Origin: Antedon mediterranea
Lineage: Eukaryota; Animalia; Echinodermata
Assembly (NCBI RefSeq): GCF_964355755.1
Contig: NC_092680.1
Span: 9,858,001-9,922,000, forward strand
Length of the DNA stretch: 64,000 bases
Direction: 5' to 3'
In this document: positions 1 through 11,846 of the stretch, piece after piece
Numbering within the stretch: the stretch's first letter is position 1
Layout of the letters: each line of letters begins with the position of its first letter
Notes under the pieces: model-generated
Told to the model about the DNA's origin: nothing
Database searches by the model: none
What the model saw: only the letters and a program-made list of their open reading frames with translations
Made by a program: the position numbers and the translations under genes

Positions 1-1414
1 AGTTATATTATTTTACCATTTGAATATTTTGATCAAAATGAATATTGATTAAATTTTTATTTTTTTTATTTACAGGTCCCGTAGCTGTGTGTGCTTTGTA
101 AAAATGTGTTTCTTTATGAATCTAATAAAAATAAACCATACAAATAAAAGTGTTTTTGGCTGGAATATAAAAAAACTTCAGCATCACCTCCTTATTAAAA
201 AAAATGATAGCTTTGCGATATTATAAAGGGAAGTTTCATTTATAATTTCCAAGCAAAATGCCCTAGGATGAGTTTTACAAGGCTCATCAAACATTAGTGC
301 CTTGGTTTTAATACCTTAGTTGGGGCCTACACACAAATGGTCTTTGAAACCACCGCTAACGTTAACCGTACATATCTGAGGTGATTTTTCTTAGTCATTG
401 TCGGGCGCATTTCGTCATAATATTAGTGGCGGTTTCATTGCTGTTGGTTGACAACTGAATAAAATAAAAAAATAAATAAAAAAAACAAAGGCGGGCTAAA
501 AATCCGACGCTATAAACAGGTATTATGCGCTAAACAAGTTTAGTGGTCTTCTTTTAGCACACTTTATATTAAATTTCAATAAACATGCGATGACGTGCGA
601 TGCATTGTTTATTTGTTTGACGAAATATCAAAGGAAAGGGTTAGATCAATTACGCGGAGATTCTTTTTTCTCTCATTCAAATCAAATAATTATCGGATAA
701 ATTCGTTAATTTTTAACCTTTGAAATTGTTACAATGTGATTGATATGACTGATCATGCACACTTTAATTGGTTGAAAAATTAACCGATATTTTGTTTTGG
801 CTGTGGAAACGGCGGCGTAGTCCTCGTGCCATGCACGCGCTGCCGCTAAAACTAACAAATCCGGGATTCCACCTTTTATGAGAATGGTGACGTTTTTTCT
901 ATATTAAATAAAAGCTATACATTTTAAAGTAAAACTGGTGTAGGGAGATTGTTTTTAATGTATCGAATAGCGGGCAATCCTGCCGGCGAATACGTCTAAC
1001 AGTTGAAGTGTAAGGCTTAATTTAGGCTCTAGAGTGTCTTACCGTAATCCTTCACAACAGGTAGCTGATAAATACACAGTATTTAAAAGAGACACTAGTT
1101 TTTTTAATTTTTTTATTTTAGCTCATAACACAATATTTCCCTTTTTTCAATTGTATTTTTCATTTTTTAAGCACTTGAATTTACATGTATCCCTAAGGTT
1201 ACCGGCGCGGTATATGTTTGACAGTGAGGGTACGTATCGTATAAAAAGATTAGATTGCAATAATAAATAATTATAAAATATCTAAATTAATTTCCGACAA
1301 TTTTCAAAATACTGTAAAGCGAAAACCCCAAAACCACTTTATTTTCAAAAGCACACATACTTCTTGCCACCTGTAAAATAAATTGAGAACAAAAATGTAT
1401 TAGGTTTAATTTAA

Positions 1415-2058
1415 AGACCCCTTCCCTGCAATTTTTGACATTTTTGGAAAATAATACATATATATCACTTTAAAAACATTAAACCATGTCATTCCTTGTC
1501 TTAAATGTACGTTTTATGGTAAATTATGATAAAAAGTGAGAAACAATGCACTACCTAAGTAGCTCGCGGCGACCGACCTCTCGTGGACGGTCTCAGACCT
1601 AGCCTAGCTAGGCTTAGTTTTGTAGGCCTAGCTGGTAAACATCGGTAACGTACGAACATCATACGCTAGCTATATACCTAGCCTGACGTTGTATAGTTGC
1701 TGCATTAATTGTCTTTCTATTTTTGCCAGACTCCGTTTTTAAATACAAATTGGGGAAAAGCCGGTATTTTCGCTGAAAAGTTAGGAGTCTTCCATTCGTT
1801 TGGCCTCACGATCGATCGAAAAGTGGGCGAATTACAGGTGAAAAACAAAAATATCAATCCGCGCGCAATGCATTTTGGGATTTATAGCGGGCCGCTATAA
1901 TTATTAGAATCGACTTATTTTTCACATTTTTAACCGTTTAAAGACGAAAAAAGTTATCGCAATAGGACCATATAGGCCTAGGCCTAGGTAGTATTATTTT
2001 TACATTAAATATAGTTTGTGCTCTTAAATTAGATCTAAAAAACGTAGGGAAGGGAGCT
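1415..2058. mobile_element. Kolobok-like non-autonomous DNA transposon (MITE)
   Basis: Imperfect 16-bp TIRs AGACCCCTTCCCTGCA / CGTAGGGAAGGGAGCT flanked by TTAA on both sides (1411-1414, 2059-2062); AG termini with TTAA TSD are Kolobok-like. Confidence 0.55.
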
Positions 2059-3249
2059 TTAATAAATATTCTTACATTATAAAATGTAGAGTACAAAGTT
2101 CGCTGAAAATATCATTAATAATATTCACTGTAGTGATGACAATGTGCACGCCATAATAAATATTGCTGCTGTTTTAGGTATGTCAAGATACGTGACGTCA
2201 CACACTGTGGGTTTCGTCGGGAAACTCGTTCCTGTTTTTTTCGTCTTCATATAGGTGCTTGATTTAAAAAAATTAATTTAAAATGCTTATTGGCTGAATT
2301 TCACTAACCTTTGAACTTGTTTACATAGTGAACAGGTCAAAGTTTATTTTTGTCAAAAAAACAACATTTTTAGAAAAGCGATCGCGACGTGGTACACAAG
2401 TTAATTTTAGCATTGGAAAAACGCATTAATTTTACACATTTCGTAAGTATTGTCTTTTTCAAAAAATATCCTGTATTTTTCTTTATAATATAAACAATGT
2501 TCCTACTAAGTTTGAAGAAAATTGATCGTTAAGCAATCACAGTTTAGCCCACAACAAATAACCCAACTTCAGAGCTGGGGGTTGAGAATGGATGTTGTTC
2601 AATACACTATATTCAATGAATAGTGCATGTTAAAGCAGATTAAAAATGCCATATTTTTTATGAAATCGACGTACTATAGCCAGATTTGTGACTAAAATGT
2701 CAAATATAAATTATTATTATTTTATACGATATTTGTTTAGATTCCAATGTAATTAATTAGATAATTTAAGATTAAAACACCATTTGAAATAACTGGTGTG
2801 GTTTTGGAAATTGCATATGGCGGTTTACTATTCTGTCATTGGCTGATATATGCCACGTGACCATAATGGTGGTCTGCCATTGGATGATTTCAATAGTATA
2901 AGGAATAATCATCTTTTGTTTTATTTTAACTTTTTATTTTGCTTTATTTACAGTAGATATCAGACTTTAATTTCAAGAATCAAGAAATCCAACTATTATT
3001 TCAACCATTTGTCTGGTAAGACCATTCTATTAATTGAAAGTAATATAGAATTTTATTTAAATGCAATATTTATTTATTGTTTAAACTTGATTTTGTATGT
3101 TTTGAAAAATGTTATATTTATGATTATATTTTATTTTTTTATAGAAATGTCAGGAACACATAAAAAAGAGAAGAGAATGCTACCAGTAAAAGTGAAAGGC
3201 GATTTATTAACGCAATAAGCAGTACTGTATATAATTGTTTCCTGTATCT

Positions 3250-3670
3250 TCTGGGAGGGGGATAAAGTTTTAAATCATTTATTTCTAATTCATCTTGATG
3301 TACAGTATAGTTACATGATCTTGCCAATTAACCTGTGTGAAAAAAAATTCAAATGATTTTTATGTGGTAAAATATGCTATGTTTATGGTTCAAATATCTA
3401 TTTTGCGGGAGGGGGGTAACGTTTAAATATAATTTATTTTTAATTCATCTTAATGTACAGTGTAGATACATGATCTTGTCATTCAACCTGTGTGAATAAC
3501 AAATTTCAAATGATTTTATGTGTTAAAATATGCTATGTTTATGGTTCCAGTATTTCTATTATTGGGGAGGGGGTTAAAGTTTAAATACATTTTTTTTCTA
3601 AATCATCTTGATATACAGATGAATGTATTGTGTTTGATGTTATCAGTTTGATATTCAACTGGTGTGAAAA
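3250..3670. repeat. Diverged tandem repeat, ~155-bp unit, ~2.5 copies
   Basis: Recurring block GGGAGGGG..TTTAAAT..TCATCTT(G/A)AT..AACCTGTGTGAA..AAAATATGCTATGTTTATGGTTC at ~3252, ~3407, ~3564. Confidence 0.7.
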
Positions 3671-3764
3671 AAGAATTAAAAAAGAATTACAAACAAAAAA
3701 GTTATGACTTTATATTTTCAGAAGTAAAAGAAAGGTCACAAAATTTTGTATACTTTGTATAGGT

Positions 3765-4260
3765 GATTTGGATAAGCTTGAAAGAGTGCAGCGTAGGGCC
3801 ACTAAAATTGTCAAAAAGTTAAGAGATAAATCTTACGATCAGAGATTAAAAGAGCTTGGATTACCTACACTGAATTACAGAAGAAGGAGAGCGGACATTA
3901 TACAAGTGTTTAAAATTATCAAGGGCTTGGATGATATTGAAGCCGAAACCTTTTTTGACTTTAGAGAGAGGACAGTAGAACAAGGGGCCATCAATTCAAA
4001 TTAAGAAAGCCAAGAGCCCGACTGAAAATCAGAAGCCACTCCTTTTCATGTAGAATCGTCAACACATGGAACAATCTATACCACACTACAGTACAAGCAG
4101 AAAACATAAATGCATTCAAGGATCAACTAAACAAAGACAGAGCAATGGGAGATAAATTTTGCTACCAATTCTAGATAAATACAGAAGAAATGGAGGGCGT
4201 TTAAAAGGCATTTGCCTTAATCAAGAGCCCGAAGATTCAAGTAAGATTCAAGTAAGATTT
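3765..4260 (+). mobile_element. CR1-clade LINE, 3' fragment (ORF2 C-terminus, 3'UTR, tail)
   Basis: LERVQRRATK..SYDQRLKELGLPTLNYRRRRADIIQVFKI motif, frameshifted continuation RIVNTWNNL, tandem GATTCAAGTAA tail at ~4233-4258. Confidence 0.85.
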
Positions 4261-5183
4261 ATCACCAAATTTGATTATTAAAAGAAATCGTATAAAAAAA
4301 AATAGTTGACTGATTTTGTTCATTTAAACTTTGTTGAATTCCATTTTTTAAATAGAATTATAAAAAAATAGTTTGGTTAAAATCAAATAAATTTGAAATT
4401 TTTCTTGACATACCTAGCTGTTTATATTACGTTTCTGGAATTAAATTGAAGACCGTCGATACGGCTTAATATTAGTAAAATATTAACATTTTAACACACA
4501 TGGCTGGTCATACATATTCAACAATTATAATTCTGGCGGCCGGAATGAACAATACATGTTTTTTCGTTTTTGGCGCTTCATAAATTTGGCAATTCCATAA
4601 ACTGGCGGCCGAAATCATCAGACACCCCAGATATACCCCAAATACCTAGCCTAGCTACCACCAACAAAGCAACAAATCCTACCATCAGAGAGCAGATACC
4701 ACCTGCTTGGCATTGATTATTAATGGTATATTACAAATTTCAAAGCTGTCAGGAACTGATAAATTGAAGTTAAAAGTGAATTTCTCGCCGTCGGAATTCA
4801 AGAATTTGATCATCATAACAGTAACGAAACGAAACCCGTTCGTCGTACGTACCAGAGCGTCGTTCTAACGACTGGTGCATTGTCTACTTCTCTACGGAGC
4901 GCCATTTATGCCTTTATTAACTTCAATAATAATAATAATAATAATAATAATAAGCTTTATTTAATCACGGATACTTAACTCAACTAAAAGTTGTTTTTCA
5001 GTAAGACCGTGCTCAAAGGAAAACACCAACAAAAATAAATGTAAAAAGCAAATATCAAATCAAGTAATAAAACAATTACAGAAGCAAAAAAACAAAAGCA
5101 GATAATAAAACAATTACAATAAAATAAAACAAGGATACACTTACTAACTATAAAATTAAATAATACACTACATTTAAATAAAG

Positions 5184-8057
5184 CTACATGAAATTAGCAG
5201 TTAACAGTTTCTTAAAAAGAGAGACAGAGTTCACATTTTTAATATCTTCATGTAGCTCATTCCAAACCTTGGCACCTCTATATGATAAGCTACGTTTTTT
5301 GTAGTTTGTGTTTGGTTTTGGTACAATTAAATTTGGCTTAGTTCTAATATCATAGTAATTGTTTTTGATATTGAACTTATTTAATAAATATGGAGGTGCA
5401 AGGTTATTCATAATCTTAAACATAACAATAGCTTCATTTATATATAATCTTTCATCTAAGTTCATCCAATTTAGACTTTGTAGAGCTTGAGTACTAGAGT
5501 CGGTTTGAGATTTGTTTGTAATAACTTTTGCTGCGCGATTTTGAAGAACTTGTAGTGTTTTACTTTGAGTTATATTTGAACGTCCCCAAACAACATGGCA
5601 ATACTCAAGATGAGGAGCCATAAGTGATTTGTATAGTTTGCATTGAATTTCTTTTGGAAATATATTATTAGTCTTTTTTAAGTAGTACAAGCTCTGCAAA
5701 ACCTTAGATTTAACATTATCGATTTGTGAGCACCAAGAAAGATTATTATCTAATATCACACCAAGGTGTTTACATTTATTTACACGAGAGATTGGTTCTC
5801 CATCTATGTTAATGTTGACTTGTAAGTCAGATAGTTTACTTAACCTCTGACTCGTTCCAATTAACATAAATTCAGTTTTTTTAACATTTAGGCTAAGTTT
5901 GTTGCATATGAGCCATCTTTTAAGACACAATAAGTCAGAATTTATTGTTTCAGTAAGGTTATTAATATTATTGGAAGTGTAGTATATGGCAGTGTCATCA
6001 GCATACATAGAAACAGAGCATTTATTTACAGCATTAGGCAAGTCATTAACATAAAGGAGAAACATTAATGGTCCAAGGATGGACCCCTGAGGAATTCCAC
6101 ATATACTGTGACTTTCATCAGAAGAATCACCATTTACATTGGTTATATGTACACGATTTTGCAGGTAGTTTTCAAACCACTGAATAACATTTGAATGAAA
6201 ATTGAAAGATCTTAGTTTATTGATAAGAATACTGTGATTTACTGTATCAAAAGCCTTTTTCAAGTCTATCATTACTAACCCAATATAATTTCCTTTGTCA
6301 ATGGCTTCTAGCCAGGTCTCTGTGATATTAAGCAATGCAGTCGTAGTTGAGTAGCCTGGTCTAAACCCAGACTGATTATCATATAGCATTTTGTTTAGAT
6401 TTAAGAAATCATAAACTTGTTCAAATACAACTTTTTCAAGAACTTTAGATAATATTGGGAGAATTGAAATTGGCCTATAATTATTACATTCATTTTTATT
6501 TCCACCTTTATGAAGAGGGCAGATCTTGGCCCTTTTCCATTGTTTTGGAAAAGTTAAATTTTTTAAAGATAAATTAATTATATATGTTATTGGGTAAACA
6601 ATTTCATCAATAGCGATTTTTAGAAGATTAGCTGGTATTTCATCAGTTCCAGTTGCTTTTTTTGATGAAAGTGAGTTAAGAATTTTATGTATGTCTTGTT
6701 TATTAACATATTTAAAAGTTAATTTGTCGTTAGTATTATTTAAATCATTAGTAAAGTTAGAAAGTTGATTAGTAGATTGAATACTTTGAGCTAATGTTGG
6801 ACCCACATTGGCAAAATATTTATTTAATACATTTGCAATATCTTTAGAATTAGTTACTTCATCATTTTCTTCATCATTTGTGGTTTTAATACTTGTTATA
6901 TTCATGCTTTTAGTTTTGCCAGGAATAATTAATTTAATATTTTCCCATATCTTTTTCTGATCTTTAGTATTGAGTTGTTCAGAAAAATAGTTCTTCTTAC
7001 TTTTTCGAAGTTCATAATTTACTTGATTTCTTAATTTTCTATATTCAGGCCAAAGCTGAAGCCTATTTTTCTTATTTATTCGTCTTTTTAATGCATCTCT
7101 TTTTCTGATGAGAAGTATTACATTTTTAGTTAGCCATGGACTGTTTTTTTGGCGAACTCTTTTACGTTTAATGGGTGCATTTTTATTTGCAATATTAAGA
7201 AAGGTTTTTTGAAAGAAATCAACAGCATCATCAACATCAGTATAATTCTTAATTTCAGCCCAATTTGTATTAAGTAAGTCAGTTTTAAATTTATTTTCAT
7301 CAAAATGTTTATAGTTCCTATTTGTTTTAAATCTATGGTTACTTTTCTCTTTGTATGCTTTTCCAAATTTGATGTAGATAGCGGAGTGGTCACTAAGACC
7401 AGTATGAAGTACACCACTGTTAGTTATTTTTTCTGGCGATGAAACATAAATATGATCAATTAAAGTACTAGAGTGATCTGTAATTCGCGTAGCTTCAGAA
7501 ATTAATTGTGTTAAGTGATAGTTATTTGTTAATTCTTTTAATTTTAAAGTATAGTAAGATGGAGTTGATGATAGAAGGTCACAGTTTATGTCCCCAATTA
7601 AAATAATTTCATTATCAGTATTATCTCTTTCAATTTGTTTAAGAATTTTTTCAAATTCATCAAATGTATCAGTACATGAATTAGGTGGGCGATACCATGC
7701 AATAATTAAAATAGGTTTTCTCTTCGGTTTAGTTAATTTGATAACAATTGCTTCAAGATTAGGACTCATTAAATTTTCTAAAATTTCATAATTAAAAGAA
7801 CAGTTTTGACTTATATATACTGCTACACCCCCTCCTTCTCGGTTTCTATCCTTTCTAACAACATTAAAACCATTAATCTCAATTTCATTGTCGCTTATAG
7901 TATTATCAAGACGTGTTTCATTTAAAGCTACAATGTCAACATTGTTATTTTCCATTAAGTATTTGATTTCATCAAATTTTCCAGGGAGGGTAACGATGTT
8001 TAAACCTAAAATATTAAGCCCTTTTCCATTAAATACATTACCAATATCTGTAGGCAA
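5184..8057 (-). CDS. LINE ORF2: APE endonuclease + reverse transcriptase (open frame extends to 8153)
   Basis: APE motifs LNETRL, WYRPP, IGDIN, IDHIY, LSDH; RT motifs YRPISIL, QSGFR, DLKKAFD, GIPQGSILGP, YADDT; no stop over 957 aa. Confidence 0.93.
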   Translation of the reverse strand: MPTDIGNVFNGKGLNILGLNIVTLPGKFDEIKYLMENNNVDIVALNETRLDNTISDNEIEINGFNVVRKDRNREGGGVAVYISQNCSFNYEILENLMSPNLEAIVIKLTKPKRKPILIIAWYRPPNSCTDTFDEFEKILKQIERDNTDNEIILIGDINCDLLSSTPSYYTLKLKELTNNYHLTQLISEATRITDHSSTLIDHIYVSSPEKITNSGVLHTGLSDHSAIYIKFGKAYKEKSNHRFKTNRNYKHFDENKFKTDLLNTNWAEIKNYTDVDDAVDFFQKTFLNIANKNAPIKRKRVRQKNSPWLTKNVILLIRKRDALKRRINKKNRLQLWPEYRKLRNQVNYELRKSKKNYFSEQLNTKDQKKIWENIKLIIPGKTKSMNITSIKTTNDEENDEVTNSKDIANVLNKYFANVGPTLAQSIQSTNQLSNFTNDLNNTNDKLTFKYVNKQDIHKILNSLSSKKATGTDEIPANLLKIAIDEIVYPITYIINLSLKNLTFPKQWKRAKICPLHKGGNKNECNNYRPISILPILSKVLEKVVFEQVYDFLNLNKMLYDNQSGFRPGYSTTTALLNITETWLEAIDKGNYIGLVMIDLKKAFDTVNHSILINKLRSFNFHSNVIQWFENYLQNRVHITNVNGDSSDESHSICGIPQGSILGPLMFLLYVNDLPNAVNKCSVSMYADDTAIYYTSNNINNLTETINSDLLCLKRWLICNKLSLNVKKTEFMLIGTSQRLSKLSDLQVNINIDGEPISRVNKCKHLGVILDNNLSWCSQIDNVKSKVLQSLYYLKKTNNIFPKEIQCKLYKSLMAPHLEYCHVVWGRSNITQSKTLQVLQNRAAKVITNKSQTDSSTQALQSLNWMNLDERLYINEAIVMFKIMNNLAPPYLLNKFNIKNNYYDIRTKPNLIVPKPNTNYKKRSLSYRGAKVWNELHEDIKNVNSVSLFKKLLTANFM

Positions 8058-8153
8058 ATTATCCTTAACAGAGTCAATTTCATTTTCTGAGTTGATTGTA
8101 GAAGAGTTCGTATCGTTTGTATTATCTGTGGCATTCTCTTCATCGCCTACTTT

Positions 8154-8852
8154 TCAGTTTCTGTTGAATTTCATATCACAGTATTTTGATTTGTGTCCTG
8201 GTGTGTTACAGTCCCAGCAGACAATAGAATGGCCATGTCGACAAACTCTTCCATTGTGTCCAGTTTCCCCACAGAAGTGGCATCGTCGGGATTTTGCTCC
8301 TTGATGAACATAAGAACTATCAGTGACTCTACGTGTTGGCAGTATTTCAATTTGCTTGTTGATGCTTTTTAGAAGAGCAGCAGTGCCTAGTTGGTTTAGA
8401 TGGAGACCGTGTTGTGTAAATTTTCTTGTGTCATACTTACTTCCCATGATAAAAGCATTTGAGTTGTCAATATATTTTCCTTCAAACGTTGATTTCAGAA
8501 CTTTGTTTACCTCATAGACTCTGTTGTCAAAGATATATCTATCGAAACGAGGACAGATACCTGAAATGAACACTTGACCACAGATTTTTGGTTCTAGATA
8601 TTTGATAATGTCATTCATATCAGAGATTACTTTTCGAAGAGAGTAGTTATTGGACGCACAATCATTGGTTCCGGCATGTATAATAACGTTGTTGATATTT
8701 GTTAGATCAGTACCTTTAACCCGTTGTTCTACGTCTTTGATGGTAGCGCCTCTTAGTGTGCACACTGTGGTATTTTTTAAGCCTCTAACTTTGATATGCT
8801 TTAGCATAGAATCGCCAATAAGTAAGTTCTTGATTGAGCTTTCGGTTCTCAT
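8154..8852 (-). CDS. LINE ORF1 (partial): SGNH esterase-like domain + two CCHC zinc knuckles
   Basis: IGDSM, IHAGTND, GLHLN motifs; CHFCGETGHNGRVC and CWDCNTPGHKSKYC. Confidence 0.85.
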   Translation of the reverse strand: MRTESSIKNLLIGDSMLKHIKVRGLKNTTVCTLRGATIKDVEQRVKGTDLTNINNVIIHAGTNDCASNNYSLRKVISDMNDIIKYLEPKICGQVFISGICPRFDRYIFDNRVYEVNKVLKSTFEGKYIDNSNAFIMGSKYDTRKFTQHGLHLNQLGTAALLKSINKQIEILPTRRVTDSSYVHQGAKSRRCHFCGETGHNGRVCRHGHSIVCWDCNTPGHKSKYCDMKFNRN

Positions 8853-8959
8853 TTGCTTTGCTGATGTCTGAGAATAATAGAAATAATACTACGGTTACTT
8901 CTCAAGTGGACCCAATTTAGTACCAGGTCACCTTTTAATGATATAACTGAGTTATTACA

Positions 8960-10350
8960 TACTGCTGAAAATCGAAACAAAATAACAATTGATAACATAA
9001 ATATTAATCACCTACTGTATGCAGATGATCTAGTTTTAATCAGTGATACAGTGTACTCATTACAAGATCTTTTAAATAAATTAGCATATTATTGTAATAG
9101 GTGGGGATTGGTAGTTAACATTGACAAAAGTAAAATAATAGTATTTTAAAAAAATGGAAAACTTAAGAACTACGAAAAGTGGAATTATCTTGGTAAAGAA
9201 ATTGAAATAGTAAAATCTCTTAAATATCTTGGAGTCACTTTCGATTGTTCAGGAAATTGGGAAAAGGCCAGAGAACAAAATAATACACAGGCTAATAAAG
9301 CACTTTTCTCACTCAAAAATATAGTATATCAGAAATATGGACATCTACCAGTGAATATTTGGAACTACTTATTTGATGTTAAAATAAACCCAATTATACT
9401 GTATGGTAGTGAAATATGGGGAAAACTAAACAACAACAAAATTGATGATATTCAAAATAACTTCTGTAGATATGTTTTAAGGGTCGGGAAATCAGCCACA
9501 AATGTTTCAATTAGAGGAGAATGTGGACGATGCTCTTTATCAATCGAAAGTGTACTCAATGTTATCCGTTATTGGGTAAGACTAGTAAATATGAACGAGG
9601 ACAAATATGCGAAGAAATGTTATAAATCTCAACTTCATAAAGCGCAAAATAATAGTAATTGTTGGGTAAGCGATGTAAAACATATGTTATGCTCTATTGG
9701 TCATGGAAACATATGGTTTTCACAAAATAATTTCCTTGATAAATTTTATATAATTAATAAAATAAAAGAAAGGCTAACCGATATGGAACGCCAATCCTTT
9801 CATGAAAGCATAAATATTTCTTCAAAATTAAGGTATTATAAAATGTTCAAAAACAATTTCAGAGTAGATGGATACTTACTACAGACCCTTGATACTAGAT
9901 ATAAGCGAGCTTTAATTCAACTAAGACTGGACACACTTCAACTAGAGGTAGAAAGGGGAAGATGGAAAAGAATAGAGCGCAGCAATAGGTTATGTAAAAT
10001 ATGTAATATAAAATGAAGTTGAAGATGAATATCATTTTGTTACGGTTTGCTCTCGTTACAAGGAAATTTATACCTTCTTTATTTTTTGAAAATCCAAATA
10101 CTTTTAAATTCTGCCGTTTAATGTCATCACATGATCCAATAATTATTGATAATCTATCTAAATATATTTATCATGCTTATAAGTTAAGATATATGTTTTG
10201 CTAAGAGAACGAAATTAATTAACTCATTTATCTTGTGACCATAAATTGCTTTATTTTTCAATGTAATTATTATTTTGTTAATTACTAGGGGCCAGAGACC
10301 TAAAGTAAATAAAGTCAGGCGATAAGCCTGAATGAATGAATGAATGAATG
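8960..10350 (+). mobile_element. RTE-X-like LINE, 5'-truncated and degraded
   Basis: LLYADDLVL at ~9013, ILYGSEIWG, LEVERGRW..RLCKIC..EDEYH; stops and frameshifts; (TGAA)n tail ~10329-10350. Confidence 0.8.
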
Positions 10351-10402
10351 TATATCATATTGCGTATACAGTACTTTTCACCGTAAAGTTAAAAAAAAAA
10401 TA

Positions 10403-10479
10403 GGTTTCGTCCGGGCTCTAAACGGTAACCTTCTGTGTCTAAAGCAGACGCGATAACCACTACTATACACTACGAAGCC
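10403..10479 (-). pseudogene. tRNA-Val pseudogene
   Basis: Reverse complement GGCTTCGTAGTGTA(TAGTA)GTGGTTATCGCGTCTGCTTTAGACACAGAAGG..; insertion in D arm and disrupted T loop. Confidence 0.75.
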
Positions 10480-11846
10480 GCTTCTTATAAGATTAAGATA
10501 ACACTGTGGGGGAACATTATTGTGGTTTTTTAATTAAACAAATTTATTTATTTAAATATTTCTTACAAAAAACGCTGCTCGACATTTTGAAATTAATCAT
10601 TGTTCTTTCTTCAGATATATATATATATATATTATGATTGATTGTTAAAAATATGTCCTTTAATCGCAAAAATACATACAAATCAAAGATAGTTCTTTAA
10701 TTATGATTCACATGCCCATTTAAAACGGTCAATTTTGAACTTTAATGTGCTATGTGTGTGTGACCTCAACCTGTTGACATGTAACTGAATACTCTCTATA
10801 GAGACAACGTGACTTCACAAAAATTCTTCCCAGACAGTTGATTCGCGTCAACCAATCAAAGGGTGAGAAACCAAAATCGTTCAACCGTGAGCCCTCATAG
10901 ACGCTCTTTTCCCAGACGTTTTTTGGGTCCAGCAGATGGGATCTATAAATTATAGTCGAGTTTACAAAGTCGCAAAACTGTCGGCCTTAGATACTATAAC
11001 TGCTGTTTCCATAACAACGAACGGCATACCAAACTACGGTGAGACATACATTCGTTCTTCTAAACACGTAACTAAGATAATTCATTCCTTTTTTACATTA
11101 AAATTGAGAGCGCTAAACATAAAATTTACCAGATCAAATACATGTAGCGAAAGCCAAAAAAAAAAAAAAGTAAAAAATGTGCTCTCCCTATACCTCAGCA
11201 CTAAGGCCCTGTCACAGCCTTGGGGTCGTTTCCACCACATCATCACCAGATGCGTTGCTAGTGCCTTCTCAAGATGTGTGGTGGAAAGGGGGACGTATAA
11301 TTCTGTGAACCCCAAACATAGTGGACCCACGACACACGTGTTGTCAACACGACGCTCAGACGCCTGAGCCAACTGGTCATTTTGGTTTTAACAAGGTTAA
11401 TATGATATTTATGACGTAATGATGAATTACTTAATACACGTATAAATAGACTATTATCAGCTGTTCAGTCATGTACTACTTTGAGGCGTAACGGGTAATG
11501 TTCAGGTTTGAGTGCTCTCAGTATTGGGTTCGAACCTCTACTGATATTTTTTTTTTTGGAATTGAAAATAAATATTGTTTTTCTTTGATTTTGAAAGTGA
11601 GATATTTTGAGAGTTGTAAATTTCTGGCCTAAACCTATTTTTTTCTTGTCTATAATATTTTATTTTAAATAAACAAGAATGCGTAAATTATTCCAAGACT
11701 GTACAATCATTATTATCAATGAAAAACAAAGGAAAAGGTGAATAAGATTTGAACCAGCGACCTAAGTATACCAATGCATAATTAATCGTGTTCCATGATA
11801 AACATGAACAACAACATTTGCGCTTAAACTTGAGTTCCTCAAGTTT

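Larger units (their letters stand above)
4925..8870 (-). mobile_element. L2/CR1-group (Crack/Daphne-like) LINE, 5'-truncated in ORF1, ORF2 intact
   Basis: ORF1 and ORF2 on minus strand; AATAAA followed by (TTA)n tail at 4925-4960. Confidence 0.9.

Noticed and set aside
2850-3327. Short ORFs and an exon-like segment near 3145-3220
   Set aside because: AT-rich low-information translations with no recognisable motif or partner exons.
8850-8960. Head-to-head LINEs as a twin-priming inversion
   Set aside because: The two halves belong to different clades and each has its own 3' tail.
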